Source: Paracoccaceae bacterium (GTDB lineage Bacteria > Pseudomonadota > Alphaproteobacteria > Rhodobacterales > Rhodobacteraceae). Taken from it: a stretch of 60,604 bases of DNA. Below the pieces are notes generated by a model. That model saw only the letters and a program-made list of their open reading frames with translations. It was not told the origin of the DNA and made no database searches. Shown one piece after another: positions 41,151 through 49,825 of the stretch. The DNA lies in the NCBI GenBank assembly GCA_009920775.1, contig RFZI01000001.1, positions 1-60,604 of the forward strand, given 5' to 3'. The stretch's first letter is position 1. Each line of letters opens with the position of its first letter. A program made the position numbers and the translations under genes.

Positions 41151-42057
41151 CCGCCACCCGGCCCAAATGCCGCTCGCCCCGCTTCTTGGCGAGCGCGATC
41201 TGCTTCTGCCGTTCGCGGAAGCGGGCCTTGTCGACCTCGCTCGTCTCGGCGGCGCAGTGATGGCAGGAGACCCCTTCCTCAAATTCGGCCCGCGCTTTGT
41301 CTTCCGGCAGGATCGGGCGGCGGCAGGCGTGGCAAAGCTCGTGCGGCCCCTCGGTCAGCCCATGGCCGACCGATACCCGCCCGTCAAAGACAAAACACTC
41401 CCCATGCCACAGGCTCTCCTCTTGGGGGACCTCTTCAAGGTATTTCAGGATCCCGCCCTTGAGGTGATAGACCTCGGTGATCCCTTGCGACATCAGATAG
41501 TTGGTCGATTTCTCGCAACGGATCCCGCCGGTGCAGAACATCGCGATCCGCTTGTTGCCAAAGCGATCCTTGTTGGCATGCCACCAAGCCGGAAACTCGC
41601 GGAAACTCTTGGTTTCGGGATCGACCGCGCCCTCGAAGGTGCCGATGGCAAACTCATAATCGTTGCGCGTATCGATCACCGCCACATCGGGCGACGAGAT
41701 CAGAGCGTTCCACTCCTGTGGCGAAACGTAATGTCCGACGGCGGCGCGCGGATCGACGTCGGGCTCGCCCATCGTCACGATCTCTTTCTTGAGGCGCACC
41801 TTCATCCGCCCGAACGGCTGATCGCTGGCCGCACTTTCCTTCCAGTCGAAATCGGCACAGCCGGGCAGGGCGCGAATATGCGCGAGCACCGCATCAATCC
41901 CCTCGCGGCTTCCCGCGATGGTCCCGTTGATCCCCTCGCGCGCCAGTAGAAGCGTGCCGGTCACGCCCTTTGCCTCGCACAGCGCCAAAAGCGGCCCCCG
42001 CAGGGTGGCAGGATCGGAAAACGGGGTGAAGTGATAGAGCGCGGCGACGGTATACAT
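41143..42057 (-). CDS. trhO: rhodanese-domain tRNA uridine(34) hydroxylase TrhO (YceA family)
   Basis: 304 aa. [20 protein letters not shown]-terminal domain, rhodanese active site [10 protein letters not shown]-terminal Cys cluster. Confidence 0.8.
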   Translation of the reverse strand: MYTVAALYHFTPFSDPATLRGPLLALCEAKGVTGTLLLAREGINGTIAGSREGIDAVLAHIRALPGCADFDWKESAASDQPFGRMKVRLKKEIVTMGEPDVDPRAAVGHYVSPQEWNALISSPDVAVIDTRNDYEFAIGTFEGAVDPETKSFREFPAWWHANKDRFGNKRIAMFCTGGIRCEKSTNYLMSQGITEVYHLKGGILKYLEEVPQEESLWHGECFVFDGRVSVGHGLTEGPHELCHACRRPILPEDKARAEFEEGVSCHHCAAETSEVDKARFRERQKQIALAKKRGERHLGRVADA

Positions 42058-42157
42058 AGTTGCGGCATATGCCCGCCTGCGCGGGCTGGCAAGCCTCCGG
42101 CCCCTTTTCCTGCCCCAGTTTCCTTCCTATGGTCCGCGCGAATTGAAGGAGCCCGCC

Positions 42158-42760
42158 ATGAACCCCGCCACCCACGCCCTGATCGTCATCGACGTGCAAA
42201 ACGATTTCTGCCCCGGTGGCGCTTTGGCCGTGGGGGGAGGCGACGAGATCATCGCGCCGATCAATGCGTTAATGGACCAGTTTGCAGTCACCGTCCTCAC
42301 GCAAGACTGGCACCCCAAGGGCCACTCTTCCTTCGCCTCCTCGCACGCGGGCGCCGCGCCCTTTTCGACCGTGCAGATGCCCTACGGCGAGCAGACGCTC
42401 TGGCCCGACCATTGTATCCAAGGAACCGAAGGCGCGGCCTTCCATCCCGCTCTTCGCACCGATGCCGACCTCATCCTCCGCAAAGGCATGAACCCCGCGA
42501 TCGACAGCTATTCCGCCTTCTTCGAAAACGACCGGACAACGCCCACCGGCCTCGAAGGCTATCTCCGCACCCGAGGCATCACCACCCTGACCCTCGCGGG
42601 CCTCGCCACCGATTTCTGCGTGGCCTATTCCGCCATCGACGCCGCCCGCCTCGGCTTTGCCGTCACCGTCCGCACCGACCTCTGCCGTGCCATCGACCTC
42701 GGCGGCAGCCTCGCCGCGATGACCGCCCAGATGCTCGAGGCCGGTGTCACCATCGTCTGA
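42158..42760 (+). CDS. pncA: nicotinamidase/pyrazinamidase
   Basis: ATG 42158 with AAGGAG 6 nt upstream. ALIVIDVQNDFCPGGALAV and LAGLATDFCV isochorismatase-family catalytic motifs. Confidence 0.85.
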   Translation: MNPATHALIVIDVQNDFCPGGALAVGGGDEIIAPINALMDQFAVTVLTQDWHPKGHSSFASSHAGAAPFSTVQMPYGEQTLWPDHCIQGTEGAAFHPALRTDADLILRKGMNPAIDSYSAFFENDRTTPTGLEGYLRTRGITTLTLAGLATDFCVAYSAIDAARLGFAVTVRTDLCRAIDLGGSLAAMTAQMLEAGVTIV

Positions 42761-42818
42761 CACGCTTGCCAGCGCCCGCGCCGAAGTGGTCTAACGTCCC
42801 AAACAACCCGGAGCCGTC

Positions 42819-44111
42819 ATGGTCGATATCGCAACCCGCGTCTGGAACCATAAGTGGAAGATCGACCCGATCGTCCGCTCGCTGATCGATACCGATTTCT
42901 ACAAGCTCCTGATGTGCCAGTCGGTCTTACGCAACAAGCCCGACACGCAAGTGACCTTCAGCCTCATCAACCGCTCCAAACATATCCGTCTGGCCGATCT
43001 GATCGACGAAGGCGAACTGCGCGAGCAGCTGGACCACATCCGCACCATCAGCCTCTCCCGCGGCGAAAGCACATGGCTGCGCGGCAATACCTTCTACGGC
43101 AAGCGCCAGATGTTCCGCCCCGATTTCATGGAGTGGTTCGAAAACCTCCGCCTGCCGCCCTATCACCTTGAAAAGCGCGACGGCCAATATGAGCTGACCT
43201 TCGAGGGCAACTGGCCCGAGGTCATGCTTTGGGAAATCCCGGCGCTAGCGGTCCTGATGGAGCTCCGCTCCCGCGCCGTCCTCAACGAAATGGCCAAGTT
43301 CGAGCTCGAGGTGCTCTACGCCCGCGCCATGGCCAAGCTCTGGGAAAAGGTCGAGCGCCTGCGCGAGATCCCCGACCTCAAGCTCGCCGATTTCGGCACC
43401 CGCCGCCGCCACGGCTTCCTCTGGCAGGACTGGTGCGTTCAGGCGCTGATGGAGGGCCTCGGAGACAAGTTCATCGGCACCTCCAACTGCCGCATCGCCA
43501 TGCGCCGCGATATCGAGGCGATCGGCACCAACGCCCACGAGCTGCCGATGATCTATGCGGCGCTGGCCGAGACCGACGACGAACTGCGCCAGGCGCCCTA
43601 CGATGTTCTGGCCGACTGGCACGAAGAGCACGACGGCAACCTGCGGATCATCCTGCCCGACACCTACGGCACCGAGGGCTTCCTCGAACGAGCCCCCGAC
43701 TGGCTCGCCAAATGGACCGGCATCCGCATCGATTCAGGCGATCCCGCGACGGGCGCCGAGATCGCCATCCGCTGGTGGCAAGAACGCGGCGAAGACCCGC
43801 GGCAAAAGCTCATCATCTTTTCCGATGGCCTCGACGTCGAGAAAATCGCCGAACTCAGCGCCCAGTTCCGCGGCCGCGCCCGCGTATCCTTCGGCTGGGG
43901 CACGCTCCTGACCAACGATTTCACCGGTCTCGTGAAAAACGACGCGCTGGCCCCCTTCAGCCTCGTCTGCAAAGCCGTCAGCGCCAACGGCCGCCCCACC
44001 GTGAAACTGAGCGACAACCCGAACAAAGCGATGGGCCCGAAGGCCGAGATCGCGCGGTATAAGCGGGTGTTTGGCGTGGGTGAACAGGTGGCGCGGGAGG
44101 TTAGGGTTTAG
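42819..44111 (+). CDS. pncB: nicotinate phosphoribosyltransferase
   Basis: 430 aa. [17 protein letters not shown] and GTNAHELPM motifs. Confidence 0.9.
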   Translation: MVDIATRVWNHKWKIDPIVRSLIDTDFYKLLMCQSVLRNKPDTQVTFSLINRSKHIRLADLIDEGELREQLDHIRTISLSRGESTWLRGNTFYGKRQMFRPDFMEWFENLRLPPYHLEKRDGQYELTFEGNWPEVMLWEIPALAVLMELRSRAVLNEMAKFELEVLYARAMAKLWEKVERLREIPDLKLADFGTRRRHGFLWQDWCVQALMEGLGDKFIGTSNCRIAMRRDIEAIGTNAHELPMIYAALAETDDELRQAPYDVLADWHEEHDGNLRIILPDTYGTEGFLERAPDWLAKWTGIRIDSGDPATGAEIAIRWWQERGEDPRQKLIIFSDGLDVEKIAELSAQFRGRARVSFGWGTLLTNDFTGLVKNDALAPFSLVCKAVSANGRPTVKLSDNPNKAMGPKAEIARYKRVFGVGEQVAREVRV

Positions 44112-44635
44112 GGAAGGCTCGCCAAATCAGACTTTACCGATTGCAGCGTTTGCTCAAACGACAAATTGCGGCTCGCGGAACTGCAAACTGACCTTGAAAT
44201 CATCGCGGCCTGCAACTCTTCAAAGCCAATTTTCGAAGTCTTGTGAAGCCAATAGGCTACCTCAAACCAGTCCCAAAGTGGGCTAGCAGTAGTTATTCGA
44301 GCAACAGGTTTTGGAAAACCCTGGCCTCTCTGACCCCTTTCGTAAAGCGAAATAGCGGCCTTGCTCATAGAAGCACGAGCGGCGATGTCGGAAGCGGTAA
44401 CTAGAAAATCGGGCTCAAATCTTACTGGCTTTGCCCCCGCTGCGTTCAAGCTCTGGTAGGCGGATAGAACGGCGTCTAGATAGCTAGTAGCCTCTCGCGC
44501 AAAGCTAAGCGTGAGTGCCCCATGTTGAACAGCGATTGTTGCGTCGTCACACCCTGCGTCAAACAAGGCATCTTCAAAGCCAGGATCTTCGGGGTCCAGG
44601 CCGTCGATTACAAATGTAAACTCAAAGGTCGGCAT
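44108..44635 (-). CDS. DNA-binding protein, putative antitoxin (N-terminal HicB-like fold plus C-terminal HTH)
   Basis: 175 aa. [40 protein letters not shown] then [24 protein letters not shown] (HTH). Visibly lower GC than flanks. 14-bp overlap with the upstream small ORF. Confidence 0.5.
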   Translation of the reverse strand: MPTFEFTFVIDGLDPEDPGFEDALFDAGCDDATIAVQHGALTLSFAREATSYLDAVLSAYQSLNAAGAKPVRFEPDFLVTASDIAARASMSKAAISLYERGQRGQGFPKPVARITTASPLWDWFEVAYWLHKTSKIGFEELQAAMISRSVCSSASRNLSFEQTLQSVKSDLASLP

Positions 44636-44888
44636 TCGAATGGTCTCCTCCGCAGGTGCACCTGTCGACTACCCGACAAATGTCCTTCGCATGGTTCTCC
44701 GCATTTCTAGGTGTTGACCACACCGAGACACGACAGCCAGAGCGGTCCGCATACGGGCAATAGAGTCTGCCCCATACGTGTGTATGACCCGTCGCAATTT
44801 CGATCCGCCAACCTCTACTTTCCGCATGAGAAATCGCTGCCTCTAGGTGTTTGTTCTTGTGTCGCCTTCTAGCCACTTCGTTCCTCAT
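44622..44888 (-). CDS. small HicA-like putative toxin (alternative 128-aa form starting at 45008)
   Basis: 88 aa from ATG 44888. LEAAISHAESRGWRIEIATGHTHVWGRLYCP...VSVWSTPRNAENHAKDI resembles the HicA/YcfA pattern (xxGW..GSH....P....V.xTP). An upstream in-frame ATG at 45006-45008 overlaps the arfB stop (TGATG). Confidence 0.35.
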   Translation of the reverse strand: MRNEVARRRHKNKHLEAAISHAESRGWRIEIATGHTHVWGRLYCPYADRSGCRVSVWSTPRNAENHAKDICRVVDRCTCGGDHSNADL

Positions 44889-45007
44889 ATCGGGAAAGTG
44901 TAAACAAAAGTCAACACCCCTGTTCTCGAGTCCTCTTGGATCGATAGTTGACCTATGGTCATCACAGGTTAGGTGAACACCACACCCAAAAGCAACCTTG
45001 GGTTGCA

Positions 45008-45424
45008 TCACCCCACCTTCCCCCGCAACGCCTTCACCTCTCCGCGCTCCTTCTTCGCCTTGATCCGCCGTTCGATGCTGCCCTTGGTCGGCTTGGTCTT
45101 CACCCGCCGTTTCGGCGTCACGGTGGCTTTCAGCACCAGTTCCGCCAGCCGCTCTCGTGCGATCTCGCGGTTGCGGGCTTGGCTGCGGGTGTCTTGCACG
45201 AAGATCACGATGGCGCCGTCGAGGGTCCAGCGGCTCCCCGCTAAACGCTTCAACCGGCGCTTCACCGGATCGGGCAGGTTCGGGCTGCGCTCGGCCTCGA
45301 AGCGCAGCTCGACCGCGGTCGAGACCTTGTTCACATTCTGCCCGCCGGGGCCCGAGGCGCGGACGAATTGCTCGGTCAGCTCCCAGTCGGCGATCTCGAT
45401 CTGATCGGTGATTTTCAGGCCCAT
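45008..45424 (-). CDS. arfB: alternative ribosome-rescue factor ArfB (peptidyl-tRNA hydrolase, GGQ domain)
   Basis: Start at MGLKITDQIEI (ATG 45424). 138 aa, SGPGGQNVNKVSTAV GGQ motif and a basic C-terminal tail (KRRVKTKPTKGSIERRIKAKKERG). Confidence 0.9.
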   Translation of the reverse strand: MGLKITDQIEIADWELTEQFVRASGPGGQNVNKVSTAVELRFEAERSPNLPDPVKRRLKRLAGSRWTLDGAIVIFVQDTRSQARNREIARERLAELVLKATVTPKRRVKTKPTKGSIERRIKAKKERGEVKALRGKVG

Positions 45425-45494
45425 CGGCGCACATCCAATTTTGTACAAACCAGACAATAGGCCTTTCAGCCCTTGTACAAAACGCTCATTTTCC

Positions 45495-45530
45495 AACGAA
45501 AAGGGCCGCTCCGGCGATGGAGCGACCCTT
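45495..45530 (-). terminator. rho-independent terminator (minus strand) upstream of arfB
   Basis: Minus-strand GGGUCGCUCC-aucgcc-GGAGCGGCCC (10-bp stem, one mismatch) followed by UUUUCGUU. Confidence 0.6.
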
Positions 45531-45742
45531 CGAAAGTTCAGGAGGTGGTTCGGTTAGGGAAACCCCACCCCGGTGGTCTCGTCAGCCAAGGGCTGCCTCA
45601 GCTACGACTCCCCCGAAATGTCCCGACACCTTTCTCCAATCTCTTTCTCGACACTGGATCACCTCCTTTCAATGGGTTTCGCCTAAGAGGAGGTTTGCAC
45701 AGATATTGTGTATGTCAAATGAAAATACACAATTTGGCGTGA

Positions 45743-46384
45743 TCAGGCCTTCTGCTGAATCATTCTGCCCACAAAAAGGCGGAACGGGACGAGGGCGATG
45801 ATGGCGATCGCCAGCTTGACGCCCCAGTCGGCCACGGCGAGCGAAACCCAGAGCGGCGCATCCGGTCCGGTGGTCAGGAACGGCGCGGCCTCCCAAGCCC
45901 ACGAGACCTCGTCATTCGCCGCCGCCGAGAACAGCGTGGCAAAGGTCGCCGAGAAGGCCAGCGAGAAGAAGATGACCGTATCGACGACCGACGAGACAAG
46001 CGTCGAGACCAGCGGCGCGCGCCACCAGCTGCCATCGCGCAAGCGGTTAAACACAGCAACATCAAGGAGTTGGGCGGCAAGGAAGGCGGTGGCCGAGGCG
46101 ATGGCCACGCGGAAGGCCACGGCGGCATAGGTATAACCGTCACCCTCAAGCATGATCTGGCTGCCGATCAGCGAGCAGACGATGCCGACGACGAAACCGG
46201 CCAAGATCACGCGGCGGGCCGAGGCCGGGCCATAGACGCGGTTCATGATGTCGGTCACGAGGAAGGCGAAGGGATAGGTGAAGGCGCCCCAGGTGAGGAG
46301 GCCGTCGAGAAGGAGGAATTGAACGAGGATGTTCGAGGCCACCACGATGATGGCCATGGCGATAACGCCGGGCAGGATACGCAT
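45743..46384 (-). CDS. yhhQ: queuosine-precursor transporter YhhQ (VUT/DUF165 family)
   Basis: 213 aa, 6 TM. TYPFAFLVTDIMNRVYG and DTVIFFSLAF motifs of the YhhQ family. Confidence 0.85.
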   Translation of the reverse strand: MRILPGVIAMAIIVVASNILVQFLLLDGLLTWGAFTYPFAFLVTDIMNRVYGPASARRVILAGFVVGIVCSLIGSQIMLEGDGYTYAAVAFRVAIASATAFLAAQLLDVAVFNRLRDGSWWRAPLVSTLVSSVVDTVIFFSLAFSATFATLFSAAANDEVSWAWEAAPFLTTGPDAPLWVSLAVADWGVKLAIAIIALVPFRLFVGRMIQQKA

Positions 46385-46387
46385 AGG

Positions 46388-46424
46388 GTGCTCCGTTTTT
46401 TACAAGGGTGCGGCGACTTGGCCC
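46388..46424 (-). promoter_or_regulatory. preQ1-I-like riboswitch in the yhhQ leader
   Basis: Minus-strand RNA CAAG-UCGCCGCACC-CUUG-UAAAAAACGGAG-cacccu-AUG. It has a 4-bp P1, a 10-nt loop (compare UCGCAGUAAC of the T. tengcongensis aptamer), ACCC before the 3' P1 strand and an A-rich tail. Loop CCG can pair with tail CGG (P2), overlapping the GGAG SD. Confidence 0.55.
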
Positions 46425-46467
46425 CCACCATGGGGACGCGCCCCTCTACGCCCGAGAGGGGGCTTCG

Positions 46468-47378
46468 TCAATCGGTGACGACGAACTCGACGAACTCGGT
46501 TTTCTGAATGGCCAGAAAGTTGTTGTCGGAAACGGTCGTCAACCGGAGGCGCCCCTCGCCATCCCGCCATGCCGAAATGCCTTCGAGATTGTCGTACTCC
46601 CAAGGCGCCGAGACCATCAGCGTCTCGGTCGCGCCATCCGCGAGGTCCATGCGCCGTATGCGCGAGCGGAAGCCAACGCCGACGAAATCCCGTTCGAGGA
46701 TATAGCGATAGCCGTCCGGCCCGACGTCGGCGCCAGTTATGAGAAAAGGGCCATCGCGGCTGAGTTCGCGCAGGACGGACTAGCGGGTGCCATCAAAGCG
46801 ATAGATAGGAAAGTCCTTGTCGAACCGGCCCGACCTCTCGGGCATAGTCAATAGGGCGCCGTCAGCCGCCGCCAAAGACTCCAGACTGGCGTTATTCTGC
46901 ATTTGTGCAAACTCGCGGCTGAGTTTGATCTCGGTTGGGACCGCATCGGGCGAAGCGTAGTGCCATACGCGCGCCGGCCCTTCGAAGCTACCGAGAAACC
47001 GCCCAGCCCGTCGAGAACAAGTCCTTCGCTATCGTCGTCGTCCTCCGAGAGGGGCTGTCCGTCCAACCCTAGAAGGTTGGTTTCGGCAGTGGCGCTCACT
47101 CCTTCAATACCGGCTGAAGTTCGCAGGAGCCGGCCCTGAACAAGGCGTCCCCGGTCCATTAGGACTGTGAGAGCAAGGCCATCCTCCCCAACCTCAAGCG
47201 CCGAGAAACCACCAAGTTCGGGGTTGTCGGTCTGCCAATGAAACCGGCTCAGAAGGCGGGCTTCCGCCGCCGAGGTGGCTTGCCCGGCAAAGAGTAGGGC
47301 TGCGCAAAGCGCATATCTGGTGATCAGGTGGATAGGTCTGGTCCTATTCGGCCTCGGCCCACGAGCCCTTTTCGCCAT
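46468..47378 (-). pseudogene. esterase-like-activity-of-phytase family secreted protein, frameshift plus premature stop
   Basis: ORF 46848-47378 (signal peptide, ..GGFSALEV..DSEGLVLDGLGGFSV) loses frame near 46987. The shifted frame reads FEGPARVWHYASP..MQNNASLESLAA..YRFDGTR-TAG(46780-46782)-SVLRE and joins ORF 46468-46650 (..EGISAWRDGEGRLRLTTVSDNNF). Confidence 0.7.
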
Positions 47379-48726
47379 CTGGATTTACCCAGCGCAGGAT
47401 CCAAAGCCCGAGGATGAAAAGGATGATGACCGGGATAAAGCCTTTCTGATTGCTGCCCGTCGCCGCGGTAAAGATGGTGATCAGGCCCGGAGCGAGGAAA
47501 GCGGTCGCTTTGCCGGTAAGGGCAAAGAGGCCGAAGGCTTCGGTCGGTCGTGCTGGGTCCAAATGGCGCACCATGAGCGAGCGGGAGGAGGCATAAAGCG
47601 AGCCGCCGGCCCCGCCAATGACCGCACCACAGAGGTAGAAAATGATGTCGGGGATCGCCGATCCCTCGGCCAGCGGGATGCCAAGAAGGCTCTCGCGCGA
47701 CATTCCGACGATGATGATGCAAACAACGATAAGCGCCCAAACGGCTACGCGGATCACCGGCTTTGGGCCCGTCCGCTGATCCAGAAGGCCGCCGGCCCAG
47801 GTTACGATCGCAGCGGCAATAGCCGCGACGATGCCGAAAACGCCGATCTGGATGATCGACCAGTCAAGTACAAGCGCGGCATAGACCCCGCCGAAGGCGT
47901 AGAGGGCATTGAGCGCGTCGCGGTAGAGCATCGAGCCCAAGAGAAAGCTGCCAAGGCTTTTCCGTCGAAAGATCGCTCGGATAGAGGTGACAAGCTCGGG
48001 GACCACTCCTCTGCTCGCGACCGGGCTGCCGGCGGGTTTCGGCACATCCCGCACCCATAGAAAGAACGGTATCATAAAGACGAGATACCAAATCGCGATG
48101 AACGGCCCGACGCTGCGGGTGCCTTCGCGGAGGTCGGGATCAAGACCAAAGAGCGGCGCGGTTCCGAGTAAAGTCACCCCGTTTTCGTTCTCCGCCAGCA
48201 AGAGGAGCATGATGAAAAGCGAGACAACCCCGCCCCAATAGCCAAAGGCCGAGCCCGAACCGCTGACGCGGCCGATCTCTTCGTCCGTTCCCATCGAGGG
48301 CAGGTAGGCATTGACGAAATTGAGGCCGGATTCTGCGGCAACGAAGCCGACATAGAAGATCACCAGCATCAGGATCAGGTTGGCGCCATCCGGTGTCAGC
48401 CCCCACAAGAGCGCCGACGCCACGACATAGGCCACCGAGAAGAAGATGATCCAAGGCATCTTGCGGCCCGATCTGTCGGCTATGGCGCCCAGAAGAGGAG
48501 CGGACAGCGCGATGATGACGCCCGAGATGGTCTGACCCAGCGACCAGAGCCATTGGGAATGGGCTTTGGCCTCGGTCAGAGCTTCGCCCTGCGAGACAAA
48601 ATGCTCGGTCGCCACATAGGCGAAATAGGGTCCGAATACGAAGGTCAGGCCGAGCGTATAGAAGGGCTGTTGGGCCCAGTCGAAAAACATCCAGCCCCAG
48701 ATGCGCCGCTTTTGCGAAATTTCCAT
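47344..48726 (-). CDS. MFS transporter (UMF1/Atg22-like family)
   Basis: Start at MEISQKRRIWGWMFFDWAQQPFYTL (ATG 48726), the characteristic UMF1 N-terminus. 460 aa, 12 TM. Confidence 0.8.
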   Translation of the reverse strand: MEISQKRRIWGWMFFDWAQQPFYTLGLTFVFGPYFAYVATEHFVSQGEALTEAKAHSQWLWSLGQTISGVIIALSAPLLGAIADRSGRKMPWIIFFSVAYVVASALLWGLTPDGANLILMLVIFYVGFVAAESGLNFVNAYLPSMGTDEEIGRVSGSGSAFGYWGGVVSLFIMLLLLAENENGVTLLGTAPLFGLDPDLREGTRSVGPFIAIWYLVFMIPFFLWVRDVPKPAGSPVASRGVVPELVTSIRAIFRRKSLGSFLLGSMLYRDALNALYAFGGVYAALVLDWSIIQIGVFGIVAAIAAAIVTWAGGLLDQRTGPKPVIRVAVWALIVVCIIIVGMSRESLLGIPLAEGSAIPDIIFYLCGAVIGGAGGSLYASSRSLMVRHLDPARPTEAFGLFALTGKATAFLAPGLITIFTAATGSNQKGFIPVIILFILGLWILRWVNPDGEKGSWAEAE

Positions 48727-48792
48727 GACCGCTCTCCCCCTGTTTGATCGGATAAGACAGGCAAAGCAGGGTTCTGGCAAGAAATCTCGTTG

Positions 48793-49335
48793 TCAGTCGT
48801 CTTGCATCGGGGGCCAGGGGCGTTGGTTTTCGGCCGCCACCCATGTCTTGATCCACTCGGGCATCGGCGGCGGGGCTGAGCCGTCATATCCCATTTCGTC
48901 GATCGCTTCTTTCGGCGCGACGATGCCTTTGGGGCCGACCGTTGCCATCCGCAGCAAAACGTGCCCCGCGCACTCGCCTTTGCCTGTCCACATCGACTGT
49001 TCGATATAGAGGAAGCGGTCGTCCCAAGTGACGAGCCGACTTTTCATGGTGATGAGCTGAAAGACGGTGATCCGCCGCCGATAGCGCGTGGTCGATCCGG
49101 CCACGGTCATCCCCCAGCCCTTGCGCTTCAATGCCGCATGAAGCCCCGTGACCCAGCTCAGCGGAATGCGGCCAAGGTCATAAAGCGTTAACGTCCGGCC
49201 GTTATTCAGCTCCATCCAGACGTCGAGATCCCAAGGGAGGCAGTGATGCTGGCTCACATAGGTATCCGTCAGGCCGAGCTTCGGCGTCTTTTTGGCCTTG
49301 CCAAGCTGCCAGAACATTCGTGCGACAGGATACAT
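48793..49335 (-). CDS. hotdog-fold acyl-CoA thioesterase-like protein
   Basis: 180 aa. CLPWDLDVWMELNNGRTLTLYDLGR..TVAGSTTRYRRR pattern of the 4HBT_2 thioesterase-like family. Confidence 0.55.
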   Translation of the reverse strand: MYPVARMFWQLGKAKKTPKLGLTDTYVSQHHCLPWDLDVWMELNNGRTLTLYDLGRIPLSWVTGLHAALKRKGWGMTVAGSTTRYRRRITVFQLITMKSRLVTWDDRFLYIEQSMWTGKGECAGHVLLRMATVGPKGIVAPKEAIDEMGYDGSAPPPMPEWIKTWVAAENQRPWPPMQDD

Positions 49336-49455
49336 CGTGATCTCCGTTTTGCATCAGATGAGCGACTGAGATGAAGGCATCAACCGTAACGTTGCGGCAG
49401 GGGATTGCCGCGCGCGCCGGCACTGACTACCTGTGGGCAAACGAAAGGACCAGAT

Positions 49456-49743
49456 ATGCAATCGCTCTACGACATTCTGATGCTGGTGATCGGCATCGCC
49501 CGGGTTTTCATCTTTGCCCATTTCATCATGAGCTGGCTCATCAGCTTTCAGGTGCTCAACATCCGGCAACCATTTGTCGCGCAGGTCTGGTACGGTCTGA
49601 ACAAGTTGCTCGAGCCGGTCTATGCGCCGATCCGCAGGTTTGTTCCGGTTATGGCAGGCATGGACCTGACGCCGCTCGTGGCGCTGGTCGGTCTCGAGAT
49701 CATCCGCATCGTTCTGATGAACAACATCGCGGTCTTCTACTAG
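49456..49743 (+). CDS. yggT: YggT-family membrane protein
   Basis: Start at MQSLYDILMLVIG (ATG 49456, GAAAGGA RBS). 95 aa, two TM, LLEPVYAPIRRFVP..G.DL.P motif. Confidence 0.75.
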   Translation: MQSLYDILMLVIGIARVFIFAHFIMSWLISFQVLNIRQPFVAQVWYGLNKLLEPVYAPIRRFVPVMAGMDLTPLVALVGLEIIRIVLMNNIAVFY

Positions 49744-49825
49744 GTCGAACCCCGCTTGCCCCCGGGGGCGGCTTGTGTGACTCTGCCCTTCAACAAGAGC
49801 AGTTTGACCCACAGGCCCCTCCCGC

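Noticed and set aside
44108-45008. Mobile genetic element or genomic island call for the low-GC segment
   Set aside because: I could find no integrase, transposase, tRNA target or flanking direct or inverted repeats. Only compositional deviation supports horizontal origin, so it is reported as a finding, not as a mobile_element feature.
45540-45600. Hammerhead ribozyme (CUGACGAG on the minus strand), tmRNA acceptor piece or SRP RNA near arfB
   Set aside because: CUGANGA is present, but there is no GAAA core or properly placed stems. There is no T-loop GGUUCGA or CCA-type acceptor end for tmRNA, and no GGAA/AGCA SRP domain-IV motif.
45654-45670. 16S rRNA gene fragment (17-nt identity to the 16S 3' end)
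   Set aside because: Identity stops abruptly on both sides, with no helix-45 or ITS sequence, so this is not an rRNA gene or remnant. It is interpreted instead as an extended SD on the opposite strand.
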